From Okamejei kenojei (lineage: Eukaryota), in contig CM069163.1 in assembly GCA_035221665.1 (NCBI GenBank), positions 22,754,001-22,818,000 of the forward strand: DNA of 64,000 nt. Direction: 5' to 3'. The position numbers and the translations under genes were made by a program. Shown in pieces: positions 60,201 to 64,000 of the stretch. Every line of letters starts with the position of its first letter. Within the stretch, counting starts at the first letter, position 1. Under the pieces are notes generated by a model that did no database searches, was not told the DNA's origin, and saw only the letters and a list, made by a program, of their open reading frames with translations.

Positions 60201-62430
60201 AGGGGAGTTCATCCCTAACACCTCAAATAAATAAACTCCAACCAACATCAAAACAGAGACATTGGCACATTGCTATTTGCAGGAATTTGATTTGTTAAAT
60301 AGTAGATCTACCCACTTGGTTGCAATGTGCACCGAACAATTTTGTATACATGCAAGTCTTTAGTTCGTCTACTTCCTTCAAAATCTGAGATTAGTTCAAT
60401 GGTCCAATTATAGTTCCCCTTCGATGGGGAGATACAAACTTCAAAAATCAAAACCAAAATTCATACCAGCAATCAAAGAAGGTTCTGTTGGGTGAAATGC
60501 CAGGCTCATGACAGCACTGGAAACATAAATCACAACATTTGGTCGGTTTGGGTTCAATCCTCTGCGATCCAGATTCCAAGTGCACACGTAAGACTTCTCT
60601 GTGCTCCAGTCACCATCTTGTAACCTGTAATTCTTAAATATTATTCTGGGCAACTCAAAGCATGTTACAAACATATATAGGTACATTTACTGGCAGTCTC
60701 CAAATTAATAAATACTAATAAATATAAATAATTTTACTAATTGTGAAAATCATTCATTTTTTGTATGCATTTTTCACGAAAAATAGTGACAGGAAGAACA
60801 AATTTGGGCATTTTTCCACCATCCTGCATGAACCAGAAGCTGCCAGCCTATATTAATTCATTAATTCATTAACAAAGATCATGTAACATTAAGACTTACT
60901 TCACATTAAGCATATCTTCAATACAATATCTTCAAACTGCAATAAAAATTAAACTAAAATGAGATTCCACAGATCAGAAAAGAATGAATAGCTTGCATCC
61001 CAAAACACGTTAAAAGAGATGGCCAAGAATGACCTAATTTTACTAACCCAAAGAGCAGAGAGAACTGGTACTCATTATTACTCATTATTACAGATGTTGA
61101 AGCAAATAAGATGGATCTATTTAAGGGGAAGCTAGACAAGCAAATAACACAAGGTAAATGACTTGATCTTTTATAACTATTCTTCTGCTTTGACAGCAGC
61201 CAACATAGTGCGTCCTTTCAATAACAATTCAAAACTGATTCCAACAATGCACTTCAATACAGTTCCACTCAGGATTGCAATTCCATTAATTGTTCCATTT
61301 GTCTGTCTGTCTTCCATCAGATCTCCAAGACGACAGGCTTAAATGATTTGCTAGCCTTTCAGCAACTTTGAGTGATTTAACATTTCCCTTGCAGTTCTAA
61401 TTGATAGTATGCATTGATCACAGTATCCAAACAAACATTTTACTAATTTAGTTTAAATTATTATAGACAATAGATGCAGGAGTAGGCCATTCAGTCCTTC
61501 GAGCAGGCACCGCCATACAATGTGATCATGGCTGATCATCCCCAATCAGTACCCGTGCCTTCCTGTATTCCTGCCTTCTCCCCATATCCCCTGACTCTGC
61601 TATTTTTAAGAGCCCTATCTAGCTTTCTCTTGAAAGCATCCAGAGAACCTGCCTCCACCGCCCTCGGAGGCAGAGAATTCCACAGATTCACCACTCTCTG
61701 TGAGAAAAAGTGTTTTCTCGTCTCTGTTCTAAATGGCTTACTCCTTTTTCTTAAACTGTGGCCCCTGGTTCTGGACTCCCCCAACATCGGGAACGCATTT
61801 CCTGCCTCTAGTGTGTCCAAGCCTTAACAATCTTATTGCTCCATTATATGCCAGATGTGCTAGATCCAAGCAGACATCTGATATTCTTCCATTTCATAGA
61901 TGTTAAGAGCACAAGTAGCATAGTAAAAGCATAAGTAGCATAGTAAATTCATATTTTTATACATCAAGTGTATCTGTCTCCATCTTTCCATCAAGAAACA
62001 ATACACGGCACTTGTCAAAGTAGTTCCACAGTGAACTTTCAGTATCTATGGTTTTAACAATGGTCCCAATAGCTGCCTATGCATTCCACATATCATTCCT
62101 AACTGAGAGCATTTCCTACACAGAAATTGATCCAAGAATCTTGATGGAAGTGAATCATTGGCTTGCTTGATTTGTGAGATCTTATCGTTGTGCTTCTTGA
62201 CTCACTGACATATTCAGCAATAAGATCACCCAAACCAGGCCAGCAAGTATTCATCTCAGTCAAGAACATTGATCACTAACAATGAACAGATAGGATGATC
62301 TTGGTTATTTGTCACAATACCTGCCATATGAACAAGCAATAACAGAACCGGTAGCATTCCACGACACACCAGTGACATGCAGCAGTCGCTCACAGGCTTC
62401 TGGATAATGCAGGGTATATAAACAAGAAAC
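50993..62430 (-). CDS. DYNC2I2: Dynein-2 intermediate chain 2 (WDR34), last 7 coding exons; 5' exons lie beyond the window
   Basis: WD40 peptides ([52 protein letters not shown]) in phase-consistent exons; convergent with SPTAN1 as in human. Confidence 0.93.
52865..53125 (+). mobile_element. Old tRNA-derived SINE
   Basis: B-box-like GAGTTTAAATCCCAC followed by ATGGCAACTGAGGAATTTAAA, recalled from elasmobranch SINE consensus; strongly decayed. Confidence 0.55.
53220..53377 (-). CDS. DYNC2I2: DYNC2I2 exon ([12 protein letters not shown]...FAAATGE)
   Basis: cag|A AAC...G|gtaagt, 158 nt. Confidence 0.93.
53779..54005 (-). CDS. DYNC2I2: DYNC2I2 exon ([14 protein letters not shown]...ACSPFH)
   Basis: cag|GTA...AG|gtctgt, 227 nt. 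Confidence 0.9.
54785..54949 (-). CDS. DYNC2I2: DYNC2I2 exon (VQWNQSLS...PRNVKLK), probable GC donor
   Basis: cag|GTG...AAG|gcgagc, 165 nt; 3' boundary inferred from phase. Confidence 0.82.
55608..55717 (-). CDS. DYNC2I2: DYNC2I2 exon ([13 protein letters not shown]...HREPVYQ)
   Basis: cag|GT GGG...CAG|gtaaaa, 110 nt. Confidence 0.92.
56762..57050 (-). repeat. LINE-type tail joined to a purine-rich minisatellite
   Basis: GAATTTCATTGTG..CACATGTGACAAA plus (ATTCC)n on -; repeated TTGTTCT(T)CCCC units on +. Confidence 0.6.
57677..57762 (+). mobile_element. CR1 3' tail only (about 85 bp)
   Basis: Near-identical to 12028-12105 and 59180-59265. Confidence 0.9.
58903..59269 (+). mobile_element. 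Young 5'-truncated CR1 copy
   Basis: Near-identical to 11752-12105; (TTCTATGT)n tail. Confidence 0.93.
59690..60130 (+). mobile_element. Decayed Rex/Babar 3' fragment
   Basis: CCATCAGGCTCTTGAAC and TAAGAATTTCATTGTT tail motifs. Confidence 0.65.
60165..60350 (+). mobile_element. Decayed Deu-domain SINE (SacSINE1/AmnSINE1-like)
   Basis: CCCATGCCGCT..AGGGGAGTTC..CCAACCAACATC..AAACAGA..CACATTGCTATTTG resembles the recalled DeuSINE consensus. Confidence 0.55.
60467..60624 (-). CDS. DYNC2I2: DYNC2I2 exon ([12 protein letters not shown]...EPSLIA)
   Basis: cag|G TTA...G|gtatga, 158 nt. Confidence 0.93.
61463..61835 (-). mobile_element. CR1 3' fragment
   Basis: ORF 61536..61820 (ESRTRGHSL...[14 protein letters not shown]) and reversed tail. 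Confidence 0.9.
62321..62430 (-). CDS. DYNC2I2: DYNC2I2 exon ([36 protein letters not shown])
   Basis: tag|GTT...AG|gtattg on - strand, 110 nt. Confidence 0.92.
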
Positions 62431-63019
62431 CTATAGCAGGAATTAAACAAAAAATAATTGTTAAACTTCCTCCGAGTCAATAGAAGGAAAGTATATCCTC
62501 ATACTTGAGGATCTTACTGTATTTAGTCATTAATCAGTCCATTGGTAAGATGTCTATAATTGTCAACAAAGAAAGCAGAACAGAGAAGACCTAGTGAAGG
62601 GAAGGGACATTCCAATCCATTGAAAACCATTCTTACGGCCAAATCAAATTCGCAAACAGTGGAAAGAGATTACAAATTCAATTGCTCCATGCTAGACAGG
62701 CACAGCACCAGAGTTCTAAGAACTAATGTTCATGAGCAAGGGTGCCACAATTTCCAGTAGGCCAAGAAACCTGTGCAAGGGCATTGCAAATTTTTGTTGC
62801 TGAATACTTTGTTTTTAACATCTTATGGAAGTACCAATTGTAAGATTAGGGATGGTGGTGTCCCAATCCAGCAGCATGTTCTAAATACCTAGTTGTCCTG
62901 GCAATGCCCAGCAATGGTCACATACAGGAAACGGTCTACATTCTCCTGCAATACTCCTCAAAATAAAAAAACTGATGCATAATATCACATCAAGTTAGAT
63001 GCTGAACTTAAAGAACAGA

Positions 63020-63444
63020 GACTTTGAAGGTATGAGACAGGAATTGGCTAGGATAGGTTGGTAAATTATACTTCAAGGCTTGACAGTGGAGATGCAATGG
63101 CAAAGATTTAAAGACCACATTGATGAACTCCAAAAATTGTTCATCCCAGTTTGGCAAAAAAATAAAAATGGGAAGGCGACACAACCGTGGCTAACGAGGG
63201 AAATCAAGGATAGTGTTAAATCCAAGGAAAAGGCACATAAATTGGCCAGAGGAAGCAGCAAACCGGAGGACTGGGAGAAATTTAGCCAAACAGAGGAAGA
63301 CTAAGGGTTAATTAAGAGGGTTGGGGGGGGGGGGGGGGGAGTGCATGAACAAAGGCTTGCGGGGAATATAAACACCAACTGTAAAAGCTTCTTCAGATAT
63401 GTAAAAAGGAAAAGTAAAAAGTGAAGACAAATGTAGGTCCCTTA
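63020..63444 (+). mobile_element. Internal CR1 ORF2 fragment (EN-RT linker region)
   Basis: QWQRFKDHI...QPWLTREIKDSVKSKEKA...KTNVGPL; contains an expanded G run. Confidence 0.8.
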
Positions 63445-63760
63445 AACCCCTGTCTCACTGTGCGAGTTGGCCCACGAGTGACCCCGAGTTTTCACTCATG
63501 GTGATCACGTAGCGGGAACGTCGGAACTCGCACGAGCAACTTATCGACTCGTGGCGCTAACGGCAGGTACTCGGGAAACTTGTTAACTCGTGAAAAAAAT
63601 CAAACATGTTTGATTTTTTCCACGAGTCAAATTAACTGTTCAAGTTAAAAATGGAAACATTTAAACTCGTTGTAATAACGTAGTGGCCCGTGCGTTTATC
63701 TTAGTGTCTCGTGAGTCTACCGTGGGAACTTTAATAATCTGTTCTTTTGCTCGAGTAAAG
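63445..63760. mobile_element. One-ended MITE-like element with CACGAG/CTCGTG subterminal repeats
   Basis: Starts TTA|AACCCCTGTCTCACT, related to the 5194 TIR; many ACTCG/CGAGT motifs; no right TIR seen. Confidence 0.6.
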
Positions 63761-63766
63761 ACTGAA

Positions 63767-63937
63767 CCAAAGATAGACACAAAATGCTGGAGTAACTCAG
63801 CGGACCAGGCAGCATCTCTGGAGAGAAGGAATGGAGTCGAGACCCTTCTTCAGACTTACCCGAAATGCCACCCATTCCTTCTCTCCAGAGATGCGGCCTG
63901 TCCTGCTGTTACTCCAGCATTTTGTGTCTATCTTCGG
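63767..63937. mobile_element. Palindromic Penelope-derived dimer
   Basis: AAGATAGACACAAAATGCTGGAGTAAC ... GTTACTCCAGCATTTTGTGTCTATCTT; centre holds TCTTCAGAC and ACCCGAAAT. Confidence 0.87.
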
Positions 63938-64000
63938 CCTTTCTGCGATGATCTGCCACTTGTCCTTTATTACTGAGGCGTCTGCCCCGTGGCTTCGTAT

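Overview
Eukaryotic, intron-rich vertebrate DNA, most likely from a cartilaginous fish (skate/ray). The taxon is inferred from HE1/V-SINE-like and Deu-domain SINEs plus the CR1, Rex-Babar and Penelope repeat content. The + strand carries the 3' part of non-erythroid alpha-II spectrin (SPTAN1): 38 exons from the SH3 domain to the EF-hand C-terminus, stop at 48107-48109, with consistent splice phases throughout. These include the 60-nt post-SH3 cassette, 15-nt and 18-nt microexons, and a 63-nt exon matching the mammalian heart-type insert. The - strand carries the last 7 coding exons of the dynein-2 intermediate chain DYNC2I2/WDR34, convergent with SPTAN1 as in human. Introns are full of transposon relics: CR1, Rex-Babar, an L1 endonuclease fragment, Tc1, MITEs and SINEs. 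The most interesting signal is a dispersed Penelope-derived repeat family. Its consensus encodes a minimal type I hammerhead ribozyme (CTGAAGA-A-GGGTCTCGACCC-GAAACGTC). It occurs downstream of GIY-YIG relics, in TSD-flanked insertions, and as ORF-less inverted dimers; no single copy here is fully intact. The SPTAN1 calpain/Src-site exon is also replaced by a Tyr-less sequence. Coordinates were read by eye and no database searches were run.
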